Assembly (NCBI GenBank): GCA_963662945.1
Contig: OY759974.1
Location: forward strand, 224,001 to 288,000
Source of the DNA: Arcobacteraceae bacterium
GTDB taxonomy: Bacteria; Campylobacterota; Campylobacteria; Campylobacterales; Arcobacteraceae
Direction: 5' to 3'
DNA length: 64,000 bases
Shown: positions 32,076-41,948 of the stretch, piece by piece
Position numbering within the stretch: position 1 is the stretch's first letter
Layout: every line of letters starts with the position of its first letter
Notes under the pieces: generated by a model
The model's input: the letters and a program-made list of their open reading frames with translations, nothing else
Databases searched by the model: none
What the model was told of the DNA's origin: nothing
Translations under genes and position numbers: made by a program

Positions 32076-32277
32076 ATTTTATTTCAAGCTCTTTTTCAAA
32101 TGCATCTACATTATTTTCAAAATCTTCAAATGATATTAACTCACTTTTCCCGCTTTTAATATCATCTCGTATCTGATGAAGTTCTTTTTGTCTTTCATAA
32201 AAGTATAGGTTTAATTCTAAGTTTTTATCATTTGTAATACAATTACTTAAATTCTTTTCATCAACATTATTCATCAA
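32065..32277 (-). CDS. Putative antitoxin of the decayed ParE module
   Basis: Small acidic ORF whose 3' end overlaps the toxin start. Confidence 0.55.
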   Translation of the reverse strand: MMNNVDEKNLSNCITNDKNLELNLYFYERQKELHQIRDDIKSGKSELISFEDFENNVDAFEKELEIKYAN

Positions 32278-32516
32278 ATTTTAGAACCTCTTTTAATATA
32301 TTTCCAAACACCATAAGCACTAATAGCTATCCAAAATATTTCGATAATAACAGAAGGTAAATTCCAATTATAAAGTAGTGAGTACATAATTAAAACTGCA
32401 CCAAAAAGATTTAAAAATGAGTACCAAAAACCTTTTGCATCTATCTTATCAAATTGTAAAAGATAGTAAGTAGCTAGTACAAATGAGACACCAACTACAC
32501 CTATAATATCTTCCAT
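32274..32516 (-). CDS. Small membrane protein (CBU_0592-like)
   Basis: YYLLQ, YSFLNLFGA, EIFWIAIS. Confidence 0.75.
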   Translation of the reverse strand: MEDIIGVVGVSFVLATYYLLQFDKIDAKGFWYSFLNLFGAVLIMYSLLYNWNLPSVIIEIFWIAISAYGVWKYIKRGSKI

Positions 32517-32520
32517 ATTT

Positions 32521-33363
32521 TTAAATAAGAGCTTTTAAACTTTTTGCAGTATAAAGTTTCAACTCTTCACTTTTTAAAGATTTTAATTCACTACTAAAAC
32601 CATTTTTAGAAAATAGTACAAAACTATCTACAGGAAGTTGTATCTTTGCACAATCTTCTTTAAGTTTTGTAAGAACTGATTTTTTGAGTTTGCCATTTGT
32701 ATATTTACAACTTCCAGCTATAATTTTTCCATTGTTTGTTTTAGCAACCAAATCTATTTCAAGAGTATCATCCCAATAACTTCCAAGTTGTGACACTCGC
32801 TCTTCATCTTGAAGTTGAGTTTTTATAAACTCTCGACACAGTTGTTCAAAAGTGAACTGGACAAATTCTGTTTTTTTATTTTCATATAAAGTATTAAACT
32901 CTTCATAGTTTCCATCTCTTATCCCTTTAAAAATAGGAGAGATAAAAGCAAACCAAAATCGTAAAAATGGTGTTCTAAATATGAGTTTTTTAGCAATATC
33001 AGAATGATTTGACTGATTTGTAAGGTGGCTTAGTGATTTTTCACTTGAAAGTACTTTTGAATCCACAAGCTCCTCAACACACTCCATACCAGTTTTAAAT
33101 GAAACTTCTGCTCGTCTAAAGCTTGAGTTTGTTCTTCTATCTCCTTGTGCTACACCACTTAAAATAGCGTGTAAAAGTGGGTCTGCTGTAGCGATATCTG
33201 CTACTTTATTTCGTAAATATTTATAGTCATCAAGAATAAATTCTTTGATAAGTTCTTCTATTGGGATATTCGTATTTACTTGAACCTCTTCAAGTCCGCC
33301 AAAAACTGCAAAATACTCTACAGCTTGGTGCATATCATTGATATTATTTTTTGTACAAAACAA
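32521..33363 (-). CDS. DUF234-domain protein
   Basis: PFLRFWFAF, FEQLCREF, YWD..EIDLV, GSCKY; true start may lie slightly upstream. Confidence 0.8.
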   Translation of the reverse strand: MFCTKNNINDMHQAVEYFAVFGGLEEVQVNTNIPIEELIKEFILDDYKYLRNKVADIATADPLLHAILSGVAQGDRRTNSSFRRAEVSFKTGMECVEELVDSKVLSSEKSLSHLTNQSNHSDIAKKLIFRTPFLRFWFAFISPIFKGIRDGNYEEFNTLYENKKTEFVQFTFEQLCREFIKTQLQDEERVSQLGSYWDDTLEIDLVAKTNNGKIIAGSCKYTNGKLKKSVLTKLKEDCAKIQLPVDSFVLFSKNGFSSELKSLKSEELKLYTAKSLKALI

Positions 33364-33496
33364 AGAAAATTGCTCTTGTATTGTTTGATCTGTTGAAATT
33401 ATAATCTATCCTTTTTTGTCTCTAAATTGTAATAATTATACCATAATATTATAATATCTTTGATACAATCCGAAGAGTAAAAAACAAAGGCAAATA

Positions 33497-33775
33497 ATGA
33501 AAAAATGTGATATACAACTAAAAGAACTTATAGAAACCGTAGTATTACCTGATATTGAAGATAGTATTGATTATATATTTGAACAAATAGCGGAGAAAAA
33601 AGATGCAAGTGAAGAGCTTAACAAAGAGTTAGCACAAATGCATGAGATGAGAGATGATTTTAATGAAATTTTAAAAGATATAGAAAACAGAGAACTTTCA
33701 AAAGAAGAGTGTCAAGAGCTTTATGAAGGTATCAAAGCTATGATTGATGATATGGAGTTTGATGACGAAATGTAA
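33497..33775 (+). CDS. Acidic hypothetical protein
   Basis: ORF with RBS, helical composition. Confidence 0.7.
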   Translation: MKKCDIQLKELIETVVLPDIEDSIDYIFEQIAEKKDASEELNKELAQMHEMRDDFNEILKDIENRELSKEECQELYEGIKAMIDDMEFDDEM

Positions 33776-33778
33776 TTG

Positions 33779-34138
33779 TTAAATACAATCCTTACATTTC
33801 CCATTTACTATAACATTATTGATAAGATATCCTTCAAGTTTGATATCTAACTTTTCCAAACACTCAACCTTATTACACTCAATACAAACAAAGTGTGCAT
33901 GAGGTTTGAGTTTTAATTCAAAATATCTTTTTTTGTCATTTGATTCAAAAGAGTTTACTATCCCCTCTTCTTCAAAAAGTGCAATATTTCTATAAAAAGT
34001 TGCTTTATCCATAGATATATCTACCTTGATATCTTCATAACTCAATGGTTGTTTTGCATTTTTAAATATCTCAATAAGAGCCATTCTTGCAGTTGTTAAT
34101 TTTATATTTTTATTTTTTATTTTATCTTCTAAAGTCAT
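33779..34138 (-). CDS. Fur-family transcriptional regulator
   Basis: TTAR, ATFYR, HAHFVCIEC, CKDC. Confidence 0.92.
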   Translation of the reverse strand: MTLEDKIKNKNIKLTTARMALIEIFKNAKQPLSYEDIKVDISMDKATFYRNIALFEEEGIVNSFESNDKKRYFELKLKPHAHFVCIECNKVECLEKLDIKLEGYLINNVIVNGKCKDCI

Positions 34139-34236
34139 AAAAGCATTATAACAGATTAATCTTATTCAATTATTTTTTTAATTTTAACTTTCATTTTGGA
34201 TTTATTGGATAAAATCATATTTTTAAAAGGATAATA

Positions 34237-34890
34237 ATGAAACAAACAATTTTAAAATTAATTTTACTTGCTGTTACAACATATACTTTTCTAGGGTGTG
34301 CAGGGAAACAACAAGAAGTAAAAGAATATAACAAACCAGCTATTTACTGGTATAACAAAATGATAAAGCAAATTGCAGAGTATGATCTTGATGGTGCTGA
34401 TGATACTTTTACATCACTTGAATCAGAGCATAGAAACTCACCATTTATTCCAGCTGCTATGATGATTATTGCAACAGCTCATATGGAAGAAGAAGAATAT
34501 GCTATGGCAAACTACTATTTAGATGAATATCTAAAAAGATTTAGTTTAAAAAGAGATGCTGACTATATAAGATACTTAAAAATAAAATCAAATTTTTTAG
34601 CTTTTAAAAGTCAATACAGAGAACAAAATCTTTTAGATGAAACTATTATAAAAACAAATGAATTTCTAGATAAATACCCACACTCTGAATATGTACATTT
34701 AGTACAAACAATGCAAGCTCGACTTCTTATGGCTCGTTCTTTATTTGATAAAGAAATTTCAGAATTATATGGAAGAATTGACCAGCCTGTAGCACAAAAG
34801 TTTTATGAAGATAAAGCTTCAAGAAACTGGAAAAATATAGAAGATATCAAAGACGTAGATGTACCTTGGTATCGAGCTGTATTTGAATAA
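34237..34890 (+). CDS. bamD: Outer-membrane assembly lipoprotein BamD
   Basis: Lipobox FLGC, TPR pattern, bamD-lon adjacency typical of Campylobacterota. Confidence 0.85.
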   Translation: MKQTILKLILLAVTTYTFLGCAGKQQEVKEYNKPAIYWYNKMIKQIAEYDLDGADDTFTSLESEHRNSPFIPAAMMIIATAHMEEEEYAMANYYLDEYLKRFSLKRDADYIRYLKIKSNFLAFKSQYREQNLLDETIIKTNEFLDKYPHSEYVHLVQTMQARLLMARSLFDKEISELYGRIDQPVAQKFYEDKASRNWKNIEDIKDVDVPWYRAVFE

Positions 34891-34903
34891 GGAATAATAT
34901 TAT

Positions 34904-37243
34904 ATGAAATTAGCAGATTACGATAGTTTTCCAGATAGATTGCCAATACTTGTAGAGCAATCTATGTTTTTGTATCCATTTATGATCGCGCCAATTTTTA
35001 TTGGAGATGAGCAAAATATTAATGCAGTTGAATATGCAATAAACAATAACAAATTAATAACTGTTGCTGTAAGTAAAGAAAAAACTGCAAATGAATTTTA
35101 TAATGTTGCTGTGGTTGGAAATATTATGAGAAAAATCACTCTACCTGATGGAAGAGTAAAAGTTTTATTTCAAGGATTAGAAAAAGTAGAAATCAAAGAA
35201 GTTGTAAGTGGTTCTCCACTTATTGGTATAGTTGATGTACTCCCAACTCTTCCTTATGATGAAAAAGAGATTCATGCTATACTTGAAGTTTTAAAATCAA
35301 ATATTAATAGACTTTCAAAACTTAATCCAAAATTTCCAGTAGATTTAATTAAAACTATTCAAGAAAGTGCAGACCCTGTAAGGATTGCTGATTTAGTCTC
35401 ATCTGTAATACAAATCTCAAATAAAGATGCTTATGCTTTATTTAAAGAAACAAATATCAGTACAAGACTTTTAGGGATTATTGAACATATTAAACAAGAT
35501 ATAGAAACTTTTAAACTCAAAAATGAAATTAATCAAAAAGTAAATACAAACTTAGACAAACATCAAAAAGATTATGTTTTAAGAGAACAATTAAGAACTA
35601 TACAAAAAGAGTTAGGTGGAGACACAAGTAAAGACAAAGAGATACAAGAGTTTAGAAAAAAACTCAAAGCTCTTAAACCTTTTATGCCAAAAGCTGGATA
35701 CAAAGAAACAAAAAAACAAATTGATAGATTAAGTAGAATACATCCTGATAGTGGTGATGCTTCTACTCTTCAATCTTATATAGAAGCTGTTTTAGAGATA
35801 CCTTTTGGAGAAAAATCTGAAGAAAAATTTGATGCAACTCATGTGGAAGAACAACTTAATATTGATCATTACGCACTAAAAGAACCAAAAGATAGAATTA
35901 TCGAATACTTTGCAGTAAAACAGCTTCTTGAACAAAGAGAAATCAAAACTAGTAAAGACAATAGTACTGTTTTATGTTTTGTAGGACCTCCTGGTGTTGG
36001 TAAAACTTCATTGGCAAATTCAATTGCAAATGCACTTGATAGACCACTTGTAAGAATAGCTTTAGGTGGGATGGAAGATGTAAACGAACTTCGAGGACAT
36101 AGAAGAACATATGTTGGTGCAATGCCAGGACGAATTGTTCATGGATTTACAACAGCAAAAAAAATGAATCCTGTAATAGTTCTAGATGAAATAGATAAAA
36201 TTGGAGCAAATCATAGAGGTGATCCAAGTGCTGTGATGCTAGAGATTCTAGATCCTGAACAAAATCATGCTTTTAGAGACTTATATCTTAACTTTGAGAT
36301 AGATTTGAGTTCATGTATCTTTATAGCAACTGCTAACAATGCTGGTAAAATCCCTGCACCTCTTAGAGATAGAATGGAGTTTATCAATATAAGTAGTTAT
36401 ACACCAAATGAAAAATTTCATATTGCTTCAAATTATTTAATACCACAAGAGTTAAAAAAACATGGTATGAAAAAAACTGAAGTACACTTAAGTGACCCAA
36501 CTATTGAACTTATCATTGAAAAGTTTACAAGAGAAGCAGGTGTAAGAAACTTACGAAGAGTATTTAGTAAACTTTATAGAAAAGCTGCAAAAGAGCTTGT
36601 ATACAATAAAGACTTAAAAAAAGTGACAATTAATACTAAAAATATTGAAGAATATCTAGACAGTCCAGTATTTGAAATAGATCCAGCAGATAAATCAAAT
36701 AGTGTAGGAATAGTAAATGGTCTTGCTTGGACAAGTGTAGGTGGAGATGTTCTTAAAATAGAAGCTGTAAAATTTGCAGGTAAGGGAAACTTATCACTTA
36801 CTGGTAATATGGGTGATGTTATGAAAGAAAGTGCAAGAATTGCACATAGTGTTGTTAAGGGTTTAATCGATAAGAAAAAACTTAAAAATGCTTCTTTTAA
36901 AAACTACGATATACATATGCATATTCCAGAAGGTGCAACTCCAAAAGATGGACCAAGTGCAGGTATTGCTATGAGCTTGGTTATTGCTTCAATTTTATCA
37001 AATCAAAAAGTAGATTCAACTTTAGCTATGACAGGTGAAGTTACCCTGACAGGAAAAGTTCTTCCAATTGGTGGATTAAAAGAGAAACTTATTGCAGCTT
37101 ATAAAGCAAAAATGAAAAAAGTTTTAATTCCAGAAAAGAATTTCAAAAGAGATTTAAAAGATATTCCTGATGAAGTAAAAGAAAATATGGAAATAATAGC
37201 TGTTAAACGAGTTGAAGAGGTACTTGAACACGGTTTAATCTAA
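34904..37243 (+). CDS. lon: Lon protease
   Basis: GPPGVGKTS, GHRRTYVGA, PKDGPSAG, PIGGLKEK. Confidence 0.98.
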   Translation: MKLADYDSFPDRLPILVEQSMFLYPFMIAPIFIGDEQNINAVEYAINNNKLITVAVSKEKTANEFYNVAVVGNIMRKITLPDGRVKVLFQGLEKVEIKEVVSGSPLIGIVDVLPTLPYDEKEIHAILEVLKSNINRLSKLNPKFPVDLIKTIQESADPVRIADLVSSVIQISNKDAYALFKETNISTRLLGIIEHIKQDIETFKLKNEINQKVNTNLDKHQKDYVLREQLRTIQKELGGDTSKDKEIQEFRKKLKALKPFMPKAGYKETKKQIDRLSRIHPDSGDASTLQSYIEAVLEIPFGEKSEEKFDATHVEEQLNIDHYALKEPKDRIIEYFAVKQLLEQREIKTSKDNSTVLCFVGPPGVGKTSLANSIANALDRPLVRIALGGMEDVNELRGHRRTYVGAMPGRIVHGFTTAKKMNPVIVLDEIDKIGANHRGDPSAVMLEILDPEQNHAFRDLYLNFEIDLSSCIFIATANNAGKIPAPLRDRMEFINISSYTPNEKFHIASNYLIPQELKKHGMKKTEVHLSDPTIELIIEKFTREAGVRNLRRVFSKLYRKAAKELVYNKDLKKVTINTKNIEEYLDSPVFEIDPADKSNSVGIVNGLAWTSVGGDVLKIEAVKFAGKGNLSLTGNMGDVMKESARIAHSVVKGLIDKKKLKNASFKNYDIHMHIPEGATPKDGPSAGIAMSLVIASILSNQKVDSTLAMTGEVTLTGKVLPIGGLKEKLIAAYKAKMKKVLIPEKNFKRDLKDIPDEVKENMEIIAVKRVEEVLEHGLI

Positions 37244-37244
37244 T

Positions 37245-37532
37245 ATGGATAGAATAAAAGAAATAAAAAAACTACAAACAGAAGGCTATAAAGTTGAAAG
37301 AAGTCAAAGTGTAGTTTTAAATAATCTTTATGCTATCGTAACAATAGTTACAGTTTGTATCTCTATTATTTTTTATAACATTTATGTTGTCCCTACACAA
37401 AAAGCAAAAGAGCAAAGAGAACTCAAAGCAAAACAGCATCAAGAGTATCTAGATATGAGAGCAAAACAAATTGCTCTTTCCCATAAACTCAATAATCAAA
37501 AGACAAATAAAGAAGTTCAAAATGACAAATAG
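37245..37532 (+). CDS. Hypothetical single-TM protein
   Basis: ORF coupled between lon and the rhomboid gene. Confidence 0.6.
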   Translation: MDRIKEIKKLQTEGYKVERSQSVVLNNLYAIVTIVTVCISIIFYNIYVVPTQKAKEQRELKAKQHQEYLDMRAKQIALSHKLNNQKTNKEVQNDK

Positions 37533-38046
37533 AGTATTTACTGTAACAAATATCATCATACTTGTAAATATTTTTATGTTTATAGTTCAAAACAGTATCC
37601 ATAATGGTATTTTGTATTTTGGATTGAATATTTACTTTTTTAGAAATGAATTATATTATCAACTACTTTCAACTATGTTTGTTCATGGTGGAGTTGCGCA
37701 TATTTTGATGAATATGTTTGTTTTATTTCAATTTGGAAATATTATAGAAAGAGTTATCGGTATACCGAAATATCTCTTTTTATATTTTGTAGGTGGTGTT
37801 TTAACCTCAATTGGAAGTTTAGCTTATATGTATATTACAGGAGATTGGGCAAACTTAGTTGGTGCAAGTGGTGCTATAAGTGTTCTTCTTGGTTGGTTTG
37901 CGCTTAAAGACACATATCAAAGAAAAGGGATAATAGTATGGATACTTCTAATATCTTTTGCACCACTTTTATTGGGTATGCCTGTTGCTTGGTATGCTCA
38001 CCTCATAGGATTTGCTTTAGGATGGGCTTTAGGCTACATTTTATAA
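37522..38046 (+). CDS. Rhomboid intramembrane serine protease
   Basis: HILMN, GASG, AHLIG. Confidence 0.93.
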   Translation: MTNRVFTVTNIIILVNIFMFIVQNSIHNGILYFGLNIYFFRNELYYQLLSTMFVHGGVAHILMNMFVLFQFGNIIERVIGIPKYLFLYFVGGVLTSIGSLAYMYITGDWANLVGASGAISVLLGWFALKDTYQRKGIIVWILLISFAPLLLGMPVAWYAHLIGFALGWALGYIL

Positions 38047-38108
38047 GCATTTCAGAAGATCAAAAAAAATCTTAAATAATAGTCAAATAGGGTTAATTAG
38101 TGCCTATA

Positions 38109-38247
38109 AGGTACATATAATAGTACATAGTGTATAGTTCTTTTATGAATTTTATGTACCTATCTTATAAAATATGTACCTTTTGTTTTTAATAAAATTT
38201 CATTTTTAACAAAAAACTATGTACTTTTAGTATTTTTAATATGTACC
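38109..38247. repeat. Six TATGTAC(C/T) motifs, candidate integrase arm-type sites
   Basis: Inverted at 38109 and 38122; direct at 38153, 38173, 38218 and 38240. Confidence 0.65.
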
Positions 38248-38282
38248 TTTTCAAAATTCAACTTAATTTAAAAGGTTTAAAA

Positions 38283-39509
38283 ATGGCAAAATATGCAGGA
38301 ATAAGATCTGAAGTTATGAAGGATGGATCTGTTGCTATAATGGCTCAATTCAAACATTTAGGTGTTAGATATTCAAAAAAAAATCTAACTTCACTTTGGG
38401 GAATAAGAACTGAAAAAAAAGGTTTTGAAAAATTACAAGAAATAAAAGCTGAATTATCAGATAAAAAAGATCCTTTTGCAAGTTCAGCAAGTTCACTAAA
38501 TTTAATTTGGGAAAAAAAACTTGAGAAAAATAGAGCATCAGGTGAATGGGCTAAATCAACTTGTAAAAATTATTCTTATTTTTATAAAACTCATATAAGA
38601 ACTGCAATTGGTCAAAAGAAAATTGAAAGAATAACATATAATGATATTATGAATCTTTTTGATCATTTTAAAGCTAATCAAGCAAGTTCAAAAAATACTC
38701 TTATTGATATATTAAGACCTATTTTTAATGAAGAACAAATAAAAGGAAATATCACTAAAAATATATTTGATCCTATTAAAAAGTTTGTTGAAATTCCTCA
38801 AAAAGCACCTGTGTCTGATAGAACACATTATGAAGATATTGAAATAATTAGAAGAATTTATAATGCAATACCTGATTATAATCAAGCAAGAGTACATAAT
38901 ATTGAGATGCACCAAAACTTTTTATATATGTTGATTCTAAGTTGTCATAGAGTTGGTGAATTAACTAAATTAGAAAAAAAACATTGTAATTTAGAACATA
39001 GAATAATTGTTGCACCTAAAACTATTACTAAATCAAAAAGAGATTATCACTACCCTATTCCTGAAGAATGTATTTCATATATTGAAAATCATAAAGGTGG
39101 GGTTTTATTTCCAATAGCAAGAGGTGGAACATTAAGTAGAATATTTCAAAGAATACTTTTTCAAGCAGGTATTGATACAATTGAAGGTCATACTTTATCA
39201 AATCACTCTGTTAGAGCTATGATGATGAGTATAATGATTAATGATTTGGATATTAAAGAATCAATAGCTCACAATTGTCTTGAACATAAACCTCAAGATA
39301 TGAAGAAACATTATCATAATATTCCATATAGTGTTAAAGCTAAAACATTTAAGCAATATTGGGATTATATTAAAGAAATACCAATTGAAAATGAAGATAA
39401 TAAAAATACTGATGCAAATCTTGATGATTTAAAAGAATTGATCAGTAATTATAAAGAAGGATTATTGACTAAAGAAGAATTTGAAATAGCTAAAAAAATG
39501 ATATTATAA
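38283..39509 (+). CDS. Tyrosine recombinase/integrase with C-terminal SHOCT-like tail
   Basis: HRVGEL (R), TKSK (K), HSVR, LEH, HY; tail LKELISNYKEGLLTKEEFEIAKKMIL. Confidence 0.88.
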   Translation: MAKYAGIRSEVMKDGSVAIMAQFKHLGVRYSKKNLTSLWGIRTEKKGFEKLQEIKAELSDKKDPFASSASSLNLIWEKKLEKNRASGEWAKSTCKNYSYFYKTHIRTAIGQKKIERITYNDIMNLFDHFKANQASSKNTLIDILRPIFNEEQIKGNITKNIFDPIKKFVEIPQKAPVSDRTHYEDIEIIRRIYNAIPDYNQARVHNIEMHQNFLYMLILSCHRVGELTKLEKKHCNLEHRIIVAPKTITKSKRDYHYPIPEECISYIENHKGGVLFPIARGGTLSRIFQRILFQAGIDTIEGHTLSNHSVRAMMMSIMINDLDIKESIAHNCLEHKPQDMKKHYHNIPYSVKAKTFKQYWDYIKEIPIENEDNKNTDANLDDLKELISNYKEGLLTKEEFEIAKKMIL

Positions 39510-39512
39510 AAA

Positions 39513-39537
39513 ATCCCCACTTTAAAAAAGTGAGGAT
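39513..39537. terminator. Hairpin family T1 (ATCCCCACTT..AAGTGAGGAT); related copies at 40930, 57426 and inverted at 50705
   Basis: Stem-loop at gene ends, reused four times. Confidence 0.65.
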
Positions 39538-39663
39538 AAAATTAAGAAATTATTTTATTTTATGCTTTTAAACATATAATGTATTGTATTTAAAATATGT
39601 GAATATCTTGCTTAGTTATAAAAGAGGAAAATGTCTTTTTTCAAGAAAAATCAGGCATAAAAA

Positions 39664-39687
39664 AACCTTCCCTGTTAAGAGAAGGTT
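39664..39687 (-). terminator. Terminator family T2 (AACCTTCCCTGTTAAGAGAAGGTT); copies at 56266, inverted at 48331, variant at 47528
   Basis: Stem-loop followed by a U-tract downstream of genes. Confidence 0.75.
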
Positions 39688-39976
39688 AATTTCTATTATC
39701 AAATTGAAATATAATTGCTTCAACTATATCTGATTTTGATATTTTATCATATTGTAATGATAATGATTTTAATGTTATATATGTTTTTTCATCATATGAT
39801 AATGGAACTATTTGTTTCAAACTTTTATCATCATTTTCTAAAAATGTTAATTCTTGATCAGAATTATAGTTTTTAATCATATATCTTAATGCTGAAGATA
39901 TAGTGTAGTCATATTTTTTTGAAATTAATTTTAATTTATTGATTGCTTCAATACTTAATGTAATACTTGTTGTCAT
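39686..39976 (-). CDS. Tandem ribbon-helix-helix (CopG-like) DNA-binding protein
   Basis: Two beta-alpha-alpha units: TSITLS..KLKLISKK..TISSALRYMI and VPLSY..TLKSLS..SKSDIVEAII. Confidence 0.6.
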   Translation of the reverse strand: MTTSITLSIEAINKLKLISKKYDYTISSALRYMIKNYNSDQELTFLENDDKSLKQIVPLSYDEKTYITLKSLSLQYDKISKSDIVEAIIFQFDNRN

Positions 39977-40030
39977 AATTTTTTTTTCCTTTGAATTTTG
40001 ATTTATTTTAAAACAGGGTAAATACCTGTC

Positions 40031-40150
40031 TTATAAAAATTTGATGTTATGTTTGTTTGTTTTTGCTTGATCAAGAATTTTATTAATGTCAAGAACTTTC
40101 TTTCCTGTTAATGTTTCAAGAAATATTTGAAGGTCTTTATTTATACTCAT
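40031..40150 (-). CDS. Small ORF, 39 aa (MSINKDLQIFLETLTGKKV...)
   Basis: Not in the ORF track; AAGGA RBS overlapping the upstream stop; hairpin follows. Confidence 0.45.
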   Translation of the reverse strand: MSINKDLQIFLETLTGKKVLDINKILDQAKTNKHNIKFL

Positions 40151-40152
40151 AA

Positions 40153-40812
40153 TTAATCCTTACACATTTGATCTTTTATTTTTAAAGAACCAAATTTTAT
40201 AAGAACTTTATCTGCCCCTTCAAAATCATCTTCTAATATATAAGATAGTAAATGAGCAAATTCACCATTATAAAACACAATTTTCTTTAATTTTGAAGAA
40301 TTTATATCTGACATACTTTTTAAAAGATTATAAGCATTTAAACTCTTATTTTCAGATATGTTATATTCTATTACACTTGTAAGAAGATTTGCTCTATCAT
40401 TTTTTGATTTGTTTGGAGTTATGATTACATAAGAACCATTTTGTTTCATTAGCATATAGTCTTTATTTGCTCTTTTTATACTTGCTTCATCAATTATTGT
40501 AGTAATACCTATATATGAATATAATAAGTTGATATTTTGCTCTTTTTCATATGTCTTATAAATATGCTTGGTGTAAGAATCTAATTGCTTACAAATAGAT
40601 TTTCCCTTATAAATATCTAATAAAGAACAATCTTCTGTTTTGTCATAACCTAATAACTCAAATGTTTCTTCTCTCTGTATATCAAAATAAGTGTCTTTCA
40701 TTATTTTTATAACTTTCTGATCAGTTTCTTTTTCACAATTTATTTCATCTGCCATTGCACTTGTTGATAATACACCTATTAGTGCTATTGTTGTTATTGT
40801 TTTTTTTAACAT
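40153..40812 (-). CDS. Secreted hypothetical protein, KKTITTIAL paralogue family
   Basis: Signal peptide shared with 56310, 57458 and 58138; HIYKTYEKEQNINLLY motif. Confidence 0.75.
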   Translation of the reverse strand: MLKKTITTIALIGVLSTSAMADEINCEKETDQKVIKIMKDTYFDIQREETFELLGYDKTEDCSLLDIYKGKSICKQLDSYTKHIYKTYEKEQNINLLYSYIGITTIIDEASIKRANKDYMLMKQNGSYVIITPNKSKNDRANLLTSVIEYNISENKSLNAYNLLKSMSDINSSKLKKIVFYNGEFAHLLSYILEDDFEGADKVLIKFGSLKIKDQMCKD

Positions 40813-40971
40813 ATTTTGTTTCCTTTGTATTATAAAATTTAATTTGAGTTGTTTAACTCTATTGGGTTATAGTATTTCATTAATGATAATTATTAAAAAT
40901 GTGAGTTAATTAGAAAAAAGGCAAAAAAAATCCCCACTTAGTAAAAAGTGAGGATTATATGAGTGATTTAG

Positions 40972-41388
40972 TTATTTGCCAAAAACTATATTAGCAAAAC
41001 TTAATAAGATAAGGTCATAAAAGTTATTTAGTTTTTTAAAAAGAAAATTGAATATATTTGTAATTTTCTTAAATATTGTTATAAGTAATTTAGGATTAGC
41101 AAATAATGCTAAAATAATTGCAAATAAAGGCATATAAGTGATTAAGAAGTTTAAAGTGTTATCAGCAGGTGCAAAACCTTTACCTAATAGATTTCCTAAG
41201 ATATTAAACTCTATAGCACTAATATGTGTAAGTCCTATAGTATTTAAAAATTCTTTTATAGGATTTAAAATAATTGAAAAAATATCATTGTGAATTTCTG
41301 ATTGAATTTTTGCTCCAAATTCTAAAAATTTTGTAAGTAAAAATGAAAATGCTATAATTATAACATTCTTATTAAGGTTTTTAAACAT
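40972..41388 (-). CDS. Hypothetical membrane protein
   Basis: Hydrophobic segments; AAGGA RBS. Confidence 0.65.
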   Translation of the reverse strand: MFKNLNKNVIIIAFSFLLTKFLEFGAKIQSEIHNDIFSIILNPIKEFLNTIGLTHISAIEFNILGNLLGKGFAPADNTLNFLITYMPLFAIILALFANPKLLITIFKKITNIFNFLFKKLNNFYDLILLSFANIVFGK

Positions 41389-41466
41389 AATTTATCCTTT
41401 AAATTTATATTGTTTATTGGTTCTATAACTTTTGTTATATACTTATGAGTTTTATTTCTTGATCAA

Positions 41467-41667
41467 TTAGTTGAAATTAAATTTATTAATTCCAAAATAT
41501 TCATTATATTTCCCATCCTTAGAAGATACAATGTTTCCTTTTCCAAATATTTGTGAAACTCCACTTGTAATTTTACTTTGTTTCTTTTCTGTTAATTGGT
41601 TAATTGTAAATAATATTATTACACTTAATGCAATACTTGTTATTATTAATTTCTTTGATACTTGCAT
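41467..41667 (-). CDS. Small membrane-anchored hypothetical protein
   Basis: N-terminal TM; AAGGA RBS. Confidence 0.6.
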   Translation of the reverse strand: MQVSKKLIITSIALSVIILFTINQLTEKKQSKITSGVSQIFGKGNIVSSKDGKYNEYFGINKFNFN

Positions 41668-41892
41668 AATCTGTTTCCTTTGAAGATTGAATTGTATTTT
41701 TTTACTATTTATGTTATATATGCTTTACTAATAAAATTTATTAAATTTGATTTATAAAAAAAGGAATATCCTAAAAGGAATGGATTCACTTTGAAAAGTA
41801 AATGTAAACAAACACACACAAAGAAAACAAAATTAAAAATATTTTTCATCTAATCACCTAATGGGTTATATTATAAAATATGTACAAAAACA

Positions 41893-41928
41893 AAAAAACC
41901 CCTTAATAGAAGTTATTAAGGGGTTTTT
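41893..41928. terminator. Intrinsic terminator, probably bidirectional
   Basis: AAAAACCCCTTAATA-GAAGT-TATTAAGGGGTTTTT. Confidence 0.8.
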
Positions 41929-41948
41929 GTTGTATATATGAGCAAATG

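Noticed and set aside
38047-38240. tRNA/tmRNA as the integration target
   Set aside because: No cloverleaf or T-arm motif visible; the att core cannot be defined without the right end
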